Of a DNA stretch of 61,600 nucleotides, positions 25,159 to 34,628 are shown one piece after another (within the stretch, counting starts at the first letter, position 1; every line of letters starts with the position of its first letter). The notes under the pieces are model-generated. The model was not told the DNA's origin, did not search any database, and saw nothing but the letters and a program-made list of their open reading frames with translations. The DNA is taken from IMG/VR virus record IMGVR_UViG_3300029787_000035, positions 1-61,600 of that record; one strand, written 5' to 3'. A program made the position numbers and the translations under genes. The DNA comes from a virus. Taxonomy: Duplodnaviria > Caudoviricetes.

Positions 25159-25866
25159 ATGGCTTATCTCAATTCAAACATCCCTCCAATATACTGTAAA
25201 ATTAGAAAGGAGTATCTTTATGATCTTAAAGAACATATGGGAGAAAGTGAAGACTGTGTTATCTTCGCCATTACATCAATTTCAGGCCGTGCAATCTTAT
25301 TTAATATCATGTTACCAAATGGTGCATGCTATTGGCGCTTGCCTATCTCAGCGTTTTTCCAAAAATCGTATGATAGAGCCAATGTGCCGAATATGCAGAC
25401 GCACGAGTTGGAACTGTGGAACAGTTTTAGTTACTGGCCTAGTGTTACTTGCTTTGATTGGTTGGATGGTGTAGCAGGAAAATTTTTGGGGTTGGATAAC
25501 AAGTTTTACCATGGAAAATATTTATTCACAATTGATTGGGCACACCCTGATGTTAACATCTTGGATACAGAGCACTCTGAAATTCCTCAAGAACATAAGT
25601 GTGCACATATATTGGAGTTGTCTAATGGTAATTATGCAGCTCAGCCTAATAACCGTATTTTGTGGCACATTAATAGTTATACTACTGATAACAGTTGGCC
25701 AGACTATAAAGTTCAAAGCAATTATTGGGATGCAGAAGATAATGGTATGGTTACAGAAGATACCGATAAAATGTTTTATAAAATGGAAGAAAAAAACCCA
25801 AAGAGAACATATGAAAAATATCAAGAGTATGGAGAAGATATGTCTTATGAAGGAGAAAAAAAATGA
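25159..25866 (+). CDS. Conserved hypothetical protein
   Basis: MAYLNSNIP...YLFTIDW...EHKCAH...AQPNNR. Confidence 0.8.
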   Translation: MAYLNSNIPPIYCKIRKEYLYDLKEHMGESEDCVIFAITSISGRAILFNIMLPNGACYWRLPISAFFQKSYDRANVPNMQTHELELWNSFSYWPSVTCFDWLDGVAGKFLGLDNKFYHGKYLFTIDWAHPDVNILDTEHSEIPQEHKCAHILELSNGNYAAQPNNRILWHINSYTTDNSWPDYKVQSNYWDAEDNGMVTEDTDKMFYKMEEKNPKRTYEKYQEYGEDMSYEGEKK

Positions 25867-25963
25867 TAGATAGATTTATATATAATTTTTTTGGTGCACT
25901 AGACAAAGCTGCAGCATGGATTGATAATATATTCTTTGGCAAAAAAAAGAAAAAGAAATAATT

Positions 25964-26056
25964 ATGGAGTACCAAAGGATGAACTATTACTTTACAGGTT
26001 TACTAATAGTAATGTTAGTTACATTGGCTTTATGTGGAGGACCAAGTGTCCAATAA
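25964..26056 (+). CDS. Tiny hydrophobic peptide with lipobox-like LALC
   Basis: MEYQRMNYYFTGLLIVMLVTLALCGGPSVQ, read by hand. Confidence 0.35.
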   Translation: MEYQRMNYYFTGLLIVMLVTLALCGGPSVQ

Positions 26057-26420
26057 ACCACTTAACATCGGAGAAGAGGCACGGGTGCAGATGCCAATGA
26101 AAACGGTAGCTAGCCTGATCGTGCTCGTAGCGATGGGCGTGTTCGCATACACAGAGCTGACTGCGAGGTTGGTATCGTTAGAGACATCAAGAGAATTATT
26201 TGAAAATGATTTGCTTAAAAAAAGTGAGCAGGTCCCTACGGATCAGGAGCAACATTTTTTAATTGAGGATTTGTACAAGTCTGTAGAGAAGATGGAAGAG
26301 ACTCAAGAGATGAACATGACAAACAAAGTTAATATAGAATTTTTAAGAGAACAGCTAGACAAAGCTTTAGCTGATATCGAAGTATTAAAAGATAAAGTAA
26401 GACAAAACGGAGGTCATTAA
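26034..26420 (+). CDS. Membrane-anchored coiled-coil protein (spanin-like?)
   Basis: One TM then coiled coil; probable GTG start 26046 after GGAGG. Confidence 0.6.
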   Translation: MEDQVSNKPLNIGEEARVQMPMKTVASLIVLVAMGVFAYTELTARLVSLETSRELFENDLLKKSEQVPTDQEQHFLIEDLYKSVEKMEETQEMNMTNKVNIEFLREQLDKALADIEVLKDKVRQNGGH

Positions 26421-26653
26421 TGGAGTTGATTGTAGCCCTACTTATGATTGTTAATGGAGAGATCAAAGAACATAGAATTCAAATTGATCTTGAGTCAGGC
26501 AAACCCTCAATGTCAATGTGTTTAAAAGGCAAAAGGGTTGCAATGAGATCGAATAAAAATAATAATGTTATTTATCAATGTATCAAGTCGATGGCTGAAT
26601 TAGAATCAAATATAGACGGTAGCAAAAGTATAAAAAAACTGATATTAGAATGA
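26420..26653 (+). CDS. Small Cys-containing hypothetical protein
   Basis: Hydrophobic N-terminus, CLKGKR...YQC. Confidence 0.65.
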   Translation: MELIVALLMIVNGEIKEHRIQIDLESGKPSMSMCLKGKRVAMRSNKNNNVIYQCIKSMAELESNIDGSKSIKKLILE

Positions 26654-26656
26654 TGA

Positions 26657-28264
26657 ATGAATATATTATCATTACATCTGGGGCACGATGGTGCTGTCAC
26701 TATTATTTCTGATAATGAGGTTATTGTCCATCATCAACTAGATAGATTTAATAAATTTAAAAACGAATTTTTTCCTACATTTGAAGTTCTTCAAAAAATA
26801 AAAGATTTAAATATTAAAATTGATAAAGTTATTACTACCTCTATGGGAGGTATAAATTTTCCAATATGGTATTTTATAAAAAAATTTTTTAATTTAGAAC
26901 AAGAAAACTTGTTAGATATTGGACAAACACAACATCATATTTTTCATGCAGAATGTGTAAAATATTTTTATCAACAAAAAGAAAATTTTATAACATTTGT
27001 AGCAGATGGAGATGGTGCAGAACATTTTTTAAAACATGACTCACAATATTTAAATACATTAAAAGTTATTGAAAACGAAACTATTTTTAATGATAAACAC
27101 GAAAACTTATATAAAAAATATCATTGTGGTAAACCTATGAATGTATATTCTGATAAATTAAGAATACATGACAGTATATCTTATGGTAAAGGCTATCAAA
27201 AATTAACCTATGAATTAGGACTTGAAGAACATGAAGAAGGTAAAGCAATGGCTTTATCATCTTTTGGAACATTTAAAGATGAGATATTTAAAAACTTAAT
27301 TTTTAATGATTCTTGGAATCTTAATTTGGTTAACGATATACAAGATAGCTATGACTCTAAAAATACTTACAATAGATTTATGTTGAATCCTAATGTAAAT
27401 CATTTGTTAGAAAATTCACCAAGTTTAGATTTTGTTCATACTTTTCAAAAAGCATTTGAAGCATTATATCTTAATACACTTAAAAAAGTAGACTATAAAA
27501 ATAAAACAATATTATTAAGTGGTGGTTGTGCTCAAAATGTACTTAATAATACCAATTTAAAAAATACTTTAAAAAACAAAATTTTACCAGACCCTTTTAA
27601 TGGTGATTTTGGTATATCCTTGGGAGCAGCATTAGTAGCAGATAATAACAAAACTAAACCTCTTAAACATATATGTTCGGGGTTTGAGCCAGATAAAAAT
27701 ATCTCTTATTTTAATAATTTTAAAATAAAAAATACAACTGCTAAAGAAGTTGCAGCAATATTAGTTAATGAACCAGTCGCTATTGTATCTGGTAAAAGTG
27801 AACAAGGACAAAGAGGTTTAGGTTTTAGGTCTTTATTAGGCAATCCATTCAAGAAAGATATTTTAAATAAAATTAATAAAATAAAAAAAAGAGAGTGGTA
27901 TAGACCATTTGCTTGTACTGTTATTGAACAAGATGCTAGTAAATACTTTGAAATTGATAACAATGAAACATCTCCCTATATGATGTTTGTCTATAAAGCA
28001 AAAAATGACATTACAAAAAATGTTTGTTCTGTTGATGGTTATAGTAGAATTCAAACATTAAATAAAAATTTTCATCCTAAATACTTTAATTTAATTACAT
28101 GTTTTAAAAAACTCACAAAACATGGTGTTGTTTTAAATACTTCATTAAATTTACCAGGGCATGTTTTATGTGAAGAATATTCCGAAGTAGCACATATGAT
28201 GAAGAATTCAGATTTAAAATATTGCTATTTATCAGATTTAAATAAATTAGTATGCAAGAAATAG
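26657..28264 (+). CDS. NodU/CmcH-family carbamoyltransferase 1
   Basis: HD, HHIFHA, DGDG, EGKAM, SGGCAQN, RGLGFRS, KKREWYRPFA, LNTSLN. Confidence 0.9.
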   Translation: MNILSLHLGHDGAVTIISDNEVIVHHQLDRFNKFKNEFFPTFEVLQKIKDLNIKIDKVITTSMGGINFPIWYFIKKFFNLEQENLLDIGQTQHHIFHAECVKYFYQQKENFITFVADGDGAEHFLKHDSQYLNTLKVIENETIFNDKHENLYKKYHCGKPMNVYSDKLRIHDSISYGKGYQKLTYELGLEEHEEGKAMALSSFGTFKDEIFKNLIFNDSWNLNLVNDIQDSYDSKNTYNRFMLNPNVNHLLENSPSLDFVHTFQKAFEALYLNTLKKVDYKNKTILLSGGCAQNVLNNTNLKNTLKNKILPDPFNGDFGISLGAALVADNNKTKPLKHICSGFEPDKNISYFNNFKIKNTTAKEVAAILVNEPVAIVSGKSEQGQRGLGFRSLLGNPFKKDILNKINKIKKREWYRPFACTVIEQDASKYFEIDNNETSPYMMFVYKAKNDITKNVCSVDGYSRIQTLNKNFHPKYFNLITCFKKLTKHGVVLNTSLNLPGHVLCEEYSEVAHMMKNSDLKYCYLSDLNKLVCKK

Positions 28265-28755
28265 TATCATCAATTTTACCTCAAAATATTAATCAAGAAA
28301 TTATTAAGTTATTAAAAATGACTGAAGGTTGGTATTTTGGATTTGATGATAAAACACAGAATAGTGAAATAGAAACAGATGAAGGATTAGCATTAAGAAC
28401 TTTTGGTAATAACTGTGTTACTAATAATAATACAAAAACATTAAATATGTTTGCATATATAATTGCATCAATTGTAAGCAACAAATTAAATATAAATTTT
28501 AAAGGATTAAAAAGAGTAAATTATAACTTTTATCATTCATTTTCTGAAGGAAAGCAACATATTGACAGTGAGCATCCAAAGTGTGTTAGTATACTTTATA
28601 ATTTAAATACAAATGATGGAACGACTGAAATTGGAAACGAAAAGTTTATTAGCAACGCTTCAGAGGCTGTTGTCTTTGATAGTAATAAACTTCACAAAGG
28701 AACTGGACCTACAAAAGGATTAAGGTATAACTTAAATATTATTATTTACACATGA
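28252..28755 (+). CDS. 2OG-Fe(II) oxygenase
   Basis: HID...YNLN..DG.T...FDS...H.G...R. Confidence 0.7.
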   Translation: MQEIVSSILPQNINQEIIKLLKMTEGWYFGFDDKTQNSEIETDEGLALRTFGNNCVTNNNTKTLNMFAYIIASIVSNKLNINFKGLKRVNYNFYHSFSEGKQHIDSEHPKCVSILYNLNTNDGTTEIGNEKFISNASEAVVFDSNKLHKGTGPTKGLRYNLNIIIYT

Positions 28756-29228
28756 ATCTTTCTCGTAATTTTACCCTTCAAGAGTTAATTAAATCGGACA
28801 CTGCGATTAGGTTGGATATAAACAATAATCCAAACTCTGGTCAAATAGAAAAATTAAAAGCACTTTGTGAAAATATTTTACAACCAGTGCGGGACCATTT
28901 CGGCAGAGTAAAGGTAACATCAGGTTTTCGTAGCGAGCAACTCTGCCTAAAAATAGGTAGCTCAATCAACAGCCAACATGCAAAAGCTGAGGCGGCAGAT
29001 TTTGAATGTATGGGAACTGACAACGCTGAATTAGCTGATTGGATTTATATGAACCTAGAATTCGATCAATTGATTCTCGAGTTCTACACTCCTGGCGAAC
29101 CCAATTCGGGATGGATACACTGCAGCTTTACTACTGACCAACCTAGAAAACAATTTTTACATGCATTTAAATCAGAGGGTAAAACAAAATATAAACCAGT
29201 AATTGGAAAAGCAAAAGATTTGGTGTAA
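28752..29228 (+). CDS. Peptidase M15 (endolysin-like)
   Basis: NFTL.E...SGFR...SQH...AADF...WIH. Confidence 0.88.
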   Translation: MNLSRNFTLQELIKSDTAIRLDINNNPNSGQIEKLKALCENILQPVRDHFGRVKVTSGFRSEQLCLKIGSSINSQHAKAEAADFECMGTDNAELADWIYMNLEFDQLILEFYTPGEPNSGWIHCSFTTDQPRKQFLHAFKSEGKTKYKPVIGKAKDLV

Positions 29229-29887
29229 TGATTTTTCCAACTTTGATAGTTGATAATTTTTTTAGTGACCCCTATAAAATTAAAACAATATCTGACAAAC
29301 TTAATTTTAAAAAAGATCCTAATGGAGAATGGCCTGGAGAAAGATCAGAACAATTACATAAAGTAAATTTTAATTTATTTAACTTTATTAATTTAAAAAT
29401 TTTATCTTTACTTTATCCTAAAGATCACCATCAAATAAATTTTACAGCCAGTAGCACCTTTCAAAAAATATCAAAAGAACGATATCCTCATGAAGGGTGG
29501 GTGCATAAAGATAACCCCTCTGAAATAACAGCTATTGTTTATTTAAGTAAACACAAAAATTGTGGAACATCTTTATGGAAAGCAAAAGATTTTTTTGTTC
29601 CAAATAATATGGATGATAAAAAATATTATTACAAAAAAGATACATTTGATGAAGAACAATTAAAATTTTTAAAAGAACACAACAATAATTATGAAAAAAT
29701 TTTAGAAGTTGATTCTTTGTTTAATAGAGTTTTAATATTTGATTCTAACCATCCACATTCTGCAAATAATTTTGTAGATCTTAATGTAGATGATGATAGA
29801 CTAACCTTAATAACTTTTATTAAAAAATTACAAATAAACAACGAACCTTTAAAATACCCTATTACAGAATGTAACAGGTTAGGATAA
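29228..29887 (+). CDS. 2OG-Fe(II) oxygenase-like protein
   Basis: VDNFF.DP, WPG.R, HKD, GTSLW, FNR...FD...H...RL. Confidence 0.7.
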   Translation: MIFPTLIVDNFFSDPYKIKTISDKLNFKKDPNGEWPGERSEQLHKVNFNLFNFINLKILSLLYPKDHHQINFTASSTFQKISKERYPHEGWVHKDNPSEITAIVYLSKHKNCGTSLWKAKDFFVPNNMDDKKYYYKKDTFDEEQLKFLKEHNNNYEKILEVDSLFNRVLIFDSNHPHSANNFVDLNVDDDRLTLITFIKKLQINNEPLKYPITECNRLG

Positions 29888-29905
29888 AGTAAAAGGAGAA
29901 ACACA

Positions 29906-30046
29906 ATGGCAATAACTAGAGGACAAATATCAAAGCAAGTAGAGGGTAAGTTGAGTGGTGCTAGGGACGAAAAAGAGAAGAAGAAAAAAGTAAAATTAGC
30001 AATTAAGCGTAAAAAAAACCCATTGGCTAAGACATTTACTGTCTAG
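29906..30046 (+). CDS. 46-aa basic peptide with MCP-like N-terminus
   Basis: SD AAGGAG; MAITRGQISKQVEGKL... Confidence 0.65.
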   Translation: MAITRGQISKQVEGKLSGARDEKEKKKKVKLAIKRKKNPLAKTFTV

Positions 30047-30068
30047 TCAAAAAATGTTATAATCTTGC

Positions 30069-30494
30069 ATGACTAAATTATGTGCAAGAGGCAAAGCTGC
30101 AGCCAAAAGAAAATTTAAGGTTTATCCTTCTGCATATGCAAACGCATATGCTTCTAAAATTTGTGCAGGAAAAGCAAAAGATCCATCAGGTTTAAAAAGA
30201 AAAGATTGGGGGCCAAAGAAAGCTTCTGAAGGAGCAGAAATAAAAATTGAAAAACTTAAAGTTGAAGCACAAAAAATAATTGATAATTTTCCAAAAGAAA
30301 AAAAATATAAATATAAAAAACCAAAAAAGAAACCTTACAATCTAACTGAGCCAACTGGTTTAGGTAGAGCCATGACACTTGACACTACTACAAATATTAA
30401 AGGAGCTGCAGTCCCATTACAAAAGATGTGTGGAGGCGAGGTGCGTGGAACAGGTGCTGCTATCAAAGGTAAAAGTTTTAAAGGCGTATTCTAA
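30069..30494 (+). CDS. Basic virion-associated protein
   Basis: KLC.RGKAAAKRKFKVYPSAYAN; C-terminal GAAIKGKSFKGVF; extended -10 at 30055-30063. Confidence 0.75.
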   Translation: MTKLCARGKAAAKRKFKVYPSAYANAYASKICAGKAKDPSGLKRKDWGPKKASEGAEIKIEKLKVEAQKIIDNFPKEKKYKYKKPKKKPYNLTEPTGLGRAMTLDTTTNIKGAAVPLQKMCGGEVRGTGAAIKGKSFKGVF

Positions 30495-30763
30495 TGAGCC
30501 TAAAAAAATGGTTTAATGAAAAATGGGTTGATATAGGATCACCAAAAAAGGGGGGAGGATATAAAGAATGTGGAAGAAAATCTGCAAGTGGATCAAAAAG
30601 AAAGTACCCCAAATGCGTGCCTGCTGCAAAAGCAAACCGAATGACAGACTCGCAAAAGCGTTCTGCTGTTGCAAGAAAGAGAGCAGCCGGTAATCCTGGA
30701 GGCAAACCAACAAACGTCAGCACCTTTACCAAGAAGTATTACGGTGGTATGATAGACGTATAA
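30494..30763 (+). CDS. Basic conserved phage protein
   Basis: LKKWF.EKWVD...CGR...YPKCVP. Confidence 0.75.
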   Translation: MSLKKWFNEKWVDIGSPKKGGGYKECGRKSASGSKRKYPKCVPAAKANRMTDSQKRSAVARKRAAGNPGGKPTNVSTFTKKYYGGMIDV

Positions 30764-30780
30764 TATTTAAGGAGAAAATT

Positions 30781-30981
30781 ATGGCATTAAAAGGTGATCA
30801 AGCAAAATTAGATAAAAACAAAGATGGTAAAATATCTGGTGAAGATTTTAAATTAATGAAAAAAAACATGGGTGGTGAGTCTAAGCAAGGTTTTGGCGCA
30901 GCTAGAACTTCTGGCATGGGCTTACAAGATGAGAATTTAATACCAGGAAAGTCTTTGGATTATTACAAAGACATAATGTAA
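30781..30981 (+). CDS. Small protein with EF-hand-like loop
   Basis: DKNKDGKISGEDF; SD AAGGAG. Confidence 0.65.
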   Translation: MALKGDQAKLDKNKDGKISGEDFKLMKKNMGGESKQGFGAARTSGMGLQDENLIPGKSLDYYKDIM

Positions 30982-30987
30982 TGAATT

Positions 30988-31683
30988 ATGGCAACGTCAG
31001 GAACTACAGCATTCGATCTTCAGATCGATGACATTATTGAAGAAGCATACGAACGATGTGGTATGCGAACTAATAGTGGTAATGACTTACGAAGCGCAAG
31101 AAGAAGTTTAAATCTTTTATTTTCAGAATGGGGTAACAGAGGTATTCACCTTTGGAAAGTTAAACTTAATGAACAAGCCTTAACTGCAGGAACTGCAACT
31201 TATACTGTTGCAACAGATGTTAATGATGTATTAGAAGCATACATCTCAACAACAAACGCAGCAGGTAATACTGCATCTACAAATGATATTTCTTTAACAA
31301 AAATTGATAGATCAGCTTATGCTGCACTACCAAATAAATTACAAACTGGACAACCATCACAGTATTATGTTGATAGACAAACGACACCAACTATAAGTTT
31401 ATATCTCGCACCCGATGCATCGACTTACACAACTTTAAAATTTTATACAATTAATAGAATTGAAGATGCAGGTGGTTTTACTAAAACAGCTGATGTAGCT
31501 TACAGATTTTTACCTTGTATGTGTTCTGGTCTTGCTTATTATTTGTCACAAAAAAGAGCTCCAGATAGAATACAATTATTAAAACAACTTTACGAGGATG
31601 AATTAATTAGAGCATTAAATGAAGATGGATCAAGAACTTCAGTTTATATATCACCTCAAACTTATTTTGGAGATGGTGTATAA
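30988..31683 (+). CDS. Head-tail adaptor / tail tubular protein A-like
   Basis: IEEAYERCG...ARRSLN...W.NRG; G.PSQY; position. Confidence 0.6.
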   Translation: MATSGTTAFDLQIDDIIEEAYERCGMRTNSGNDLRSARRSLNLLFSEWGNRGIHLWKVKLNEQALTAGTATYTVATDVNDVLEAYISTTNAAGNTASTNDISLTKIDRSAYAALPNKLQTGQPSQYYVDRQTTPTISLYLAPDASTYTTLKFYTINRIEDAGGFTKTADVAYRFLPCMCSGLAYYLSQKRAPDRIQLLKQLYEDELIRALNEDGSRTSVYISPQTYFGDGV

Positions 31684-32078
31684 TGAGTTTTGCAACAGGT
31701 AAAAGAAGTAAGGCAATATCAGATAGATCTGGACAAGCTTTTCCTTATAAAGAAATGGTTAAAGAGTGGACAGGTGCTTTAGTACATATATCAGAGTTTG
31801 AACCTAAACACCCACAACTAGATCCTCCTTATCATAAAGCAGATGCAGTTGCTTTAAAAAATACTAGATCACAAGATTTTCAACAACCAAAATTTGTTAA
31901 TAATGCATTTGCTTCTTCTGGTGGACAAGGAATGATTACAGCTAATTTAACTTTACCAGGAGATTTTGGTTTTATGAACCAAGGTTCATCAGCTATGATT
32001 CCTGCAGACCCATCATTACAAAATAGAGGAAGACAAGCAAATTTAATATTAGCAAATGTAACAGTGAGTATTTCATAA
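31683..32078 (+). CDS. Conserved tail-module protein
   Basis: AISDRSG..FPY...EW.G...EPKHPQL. Confidence 0.7.
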   Translation: MSFATGKRSKAISDRSGQAFPYKEMVKEWTGALVHISEFEPKHPQLDPPYHKADAVALKNTRSQDFQQPKFVNNAFASSGGQGMITANLTLPGDFGFMNQGSSAMIPADPSLQNRGRQANLILANVTVSIS

Positions 32079-32734
32079 TGACTATATCGCATTCAGATTT
32101 CATAACACAAGTGAGAGACTACACAGAAGTTGATGCTAATGTTCTTACAGATTCTATTATTCAAAATTTTATTAGATCTACAGAATTAGATATTGCTGGA
32201 AAAGTAGATTATGATGATTTAAGAAAATACTCAACTTCTACATTCAATACTGGTAAAAGATTTGTTACCTTACCTGCGGATCTTACAATCATAAGATCAT
32301 TACAAGTAATTAATGGATCAGATAGAATTTATGCAGAAAAAAGAGATACTAGTTTTATAGCAGAATATAATAATAATGGTGCAACAGGTGTACCTAAATA
32401 TTGGGCTAACTGGGATGATTTTAATTTGATTGTTGCACCAACACCAGATCAAGCTTATACTATTCAAGTAAATTATATAACTGATCCACCAGATTTTACT
32501 TCTACAAACACAACTTTTTTATCTAAGTACCAAGAATCAATGCTACTGCATGGTGTTCTAACTGAGGCTTTTTCTTACTTAAAAGGCCCTATGGATCTAT
32601 ACAACCTGTATAAAAGTAAGTATAATGAAGAAGTACAGAATTTTGCCCTACAACAAATGGGTAGAAGAAGACGTGCGGAGTTTGATGATGGTGTACCAAG
32701 AATAGTAGTGCCTTCACCTTCTCCAAACGAATAA
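32078..32734 (+). CDS. Second adaptor-like tail protein
   Basis: G.PKYWA...APTPD..Y...LLHG.L.EA..YLKG. Confidence 0.6.
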   Translation: MTISHSDFITQVRDYTEVDANVLTDSIIQNFIRSTELDIAGKVDYDDLRKYSTSTFNTGKRFVTLPADLTIIRSLQVINGSDRIYAEKRDTSFIAEYNNNGATGVPKYWANWDDFNLIVAPTPDQAYTIQVNYITDPPDFTSTNTTFLSKYQESMLLHGVLTEAFSYLKGPMDLYNLYKSKYNEEVQNFALQQMGRRRRAEFDDGVPRIVVPSPSPNE

Positions 32735-32750
32735 TTTAAGGAGAACAATT

Positions 32751-33188
32751 ATGGCGATCACAGCAAATACAATCACTAACTCTTTTAAAAAGGAATTGAT
32801 TGAAGGTAAACATAACTTCAGCAATCCTGGAGGAAGTGTTTTTAAATTAGCAATGTACACAAACTCTGCTACTTTAGGAAGTGGAACTACATCATTTACA
32901 ACTGGGGGACAAGCAAGTTCACCATCTGGTGGGTACTCATCTGGAGGAAGAGCTTTGGTAAATACAGGAACATCTGTTTCATCTGGAATAGCAATTACAG
33001 ATTTTGCAAACTTGTCTTTTACTGGAGTAACTTTAACTGCAAGAGGTGCATTGATTTACAATACGTCTAATTCTAATTCGGCTGTAGCTGTTTTGGATTT
33101 TGGTGGTGATAAGACTGCAACTGCAGGAACATTTACTATTCAATTCCCAGCATTTACAACTTCGGCTGCTATATTAAGAATAGCGTAA
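32751..33188 (+). CDS. Structural protein
   Basis: SFK.EL..G.H...FKLA.Y...ARGALIYN...VLDFGGDK. Confidence 0.7.
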   Translation: MAITANTITNSFKKELIEGKHNFSNPGGSVFKLAMYTNSATLGSGTTSFTTGGQASSPSGGYSSGGRALVNTGTSVSSGIAITDFANLSFTGVTLTARGALIYNTSNSNSAVAVLDFGGDKTATAGTFTIQFPAFTTSAAILRIA

Positions 33189-33200
33189 GGAAGAATATGA

Positions 33201-34592
33201 ATGGCGAATACTTGGGGTGCGCTTAGTTGGGGACAGGGAAATTTTGGTGATCAAAATAATCACTCTGAAATTCCTACCGGACTACTTGCTACCCTAAGTG
33301 TTGGCTCAGGAACCTACGAAGGAATAATCAACGAAGGTTGGGGAAGAAAAGGATGGGATACACTATCCTGGGGTATTGCTGGTACTCTAATATCTGACGG
33401 ATTACAATTAACATCATCATCTGGACAAGTCGAAATCGATACTGAAATAAATATTGGTTGGGGTCGTCTAGGTTGGAGTGTTAATCCATGGGGTATTGGT
33501 GGAACTGTAATGCCTTCACAGTTGTCTATGACAACTGCAATAGGTTCTGTTACTACAACTGCTGAAGTAAACCTAGGTTGGGGTAGACTTGATGGTTGGG
33601 GTACAAGAGGTTGGGGTAATGCTGAACAAGCAGTAACTGCTGCTACTTTAGCAATTTCAAATATAACATTTAATGGAGCAGGCGTAACCATAGATGCAGA
33701 AGTCAATGCAGGTTGGGGCAGAGAGTCATGGGGTAAATCTGGATGGGGTATTCAAGGTACTCTACAAGCAACTTCACTACAAGCTAACATTAGTGCAGGT
33801 CAAGTAACTGCAGTTGGAAAAGTACAAAAAGGTTGGGGTAGAGAAGAAGGTTGGGGTACAAGAGCATGGGGTGCTTTTGAACAGATTGCTGCTATTACTG
33901 GTCAACAATTAACTTCTGGTATCGGTACAGTAGATATTGACGCAAAAATTCAAATTGGTTGGGGTAGACAAGAATGGGGTAACCAAGCTTGGGGTGTAGC
34001 ATTCTCTGCGGCTGCAACAGGTTTACAATTAACTTCTTCATTAGGTGAAGAAGCTGCAGGTACTAATTTTACTGCAGAGGTATCTGGTTTTGGATTACAA
34101 ACTTCTATTTCAGCTGTAGGAACTTCTGCAAATAACGATACAGAAATTGCACATAGTTTCTTAGCGAATATATCTATGGGTGATAGCACACAAATAGGTA
34201 TTGCTAATGTTCCTGTAACAGGAACACAAGCGACTATATCAGTTGGTCAAGCAGTTGGTGGATTAATAACTCCTGTAGATGTTTCTGGAATTCAATTATC
34301 TGCATCACTTGGAAGTATAACTTTAATCCAATCAACAAATGAATCTATTACAGGATTTGGCATGACTGCATCCATGGGAGAAGAAGGACCTATCCCACAA
34401 GTTATGGTTGGTACAACAGGTCAACAATTAGCGTCTTCAGTTGGTTCTGTAGGACCAATAACTGGTACTGCAAATGTTGAATTAACTGGCATAGTATTGA
34501 CATCTTCAGCTGGACAACTTAATATAAATGCGTGGGCAGAAATCGATCCTGATGTAAATAATATTTGGACAGAGGTTGATATAGCCGCATAG
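33201..34592 (+). CDS. GWGR-repeat structural protein (fiber/spike-like)
   Basis: Six GWGR...W..WG units, then G/T/S-rich beta repeats. Confidence 0.7.
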   Translation: MANTWGALSWGQGNFGDQNNHSEIPTGLLATLSVGSGTYEGIINEGWGRKGWDTLSWGIAGTLISDGLQLTSSSGQVEIDTEINIGWGRLGWSVNPWGIGGTVMPSQLSMTTAIGSVTTTAEVNLGWGRLDGWGTRGWGNAEQAVTAATLAISNITFNGAGVTIDAEVNAGWGRESWGKSGWGIQGTLQATSLQANISAGQVTAVGKVQKGWGREEGWGTRAWGAFEQIAAITGQQLTSGIGTVDIDAKIQIGWGRQEWGNQAWGVAFSAAATGLQLTSSLGEEAAGTNFTAEVSGFGLQTSISAVGTSANNDTEIAHSFLANISMGDSTQIGIANVPVTGTQATISVGQAVGGLITPVDVSGIQLSASLGSITLIQSTNESITGFGMTASMGEEGPIPQVMVGTTGQQLASSVGSVGPITGTANVELTGIVLTSSAGQLNINAWAEIDPDVNNIWTEVDIAA

Positions 34593-34628
34593 ATTTGGTA
34601 AAATTATAATATTTAGGAGAAAAATTTT

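Noticed and set aside
25220-25873. Alternate-frame ORFs inside 25159-25866
   Set aside because: Interrupted, no motifs, composition typical of shadow frames
33201-34592. GW/WG Argonaute-hook interpretation
   Set aside because: Context is the tail module; nothing supports an Argonaute link
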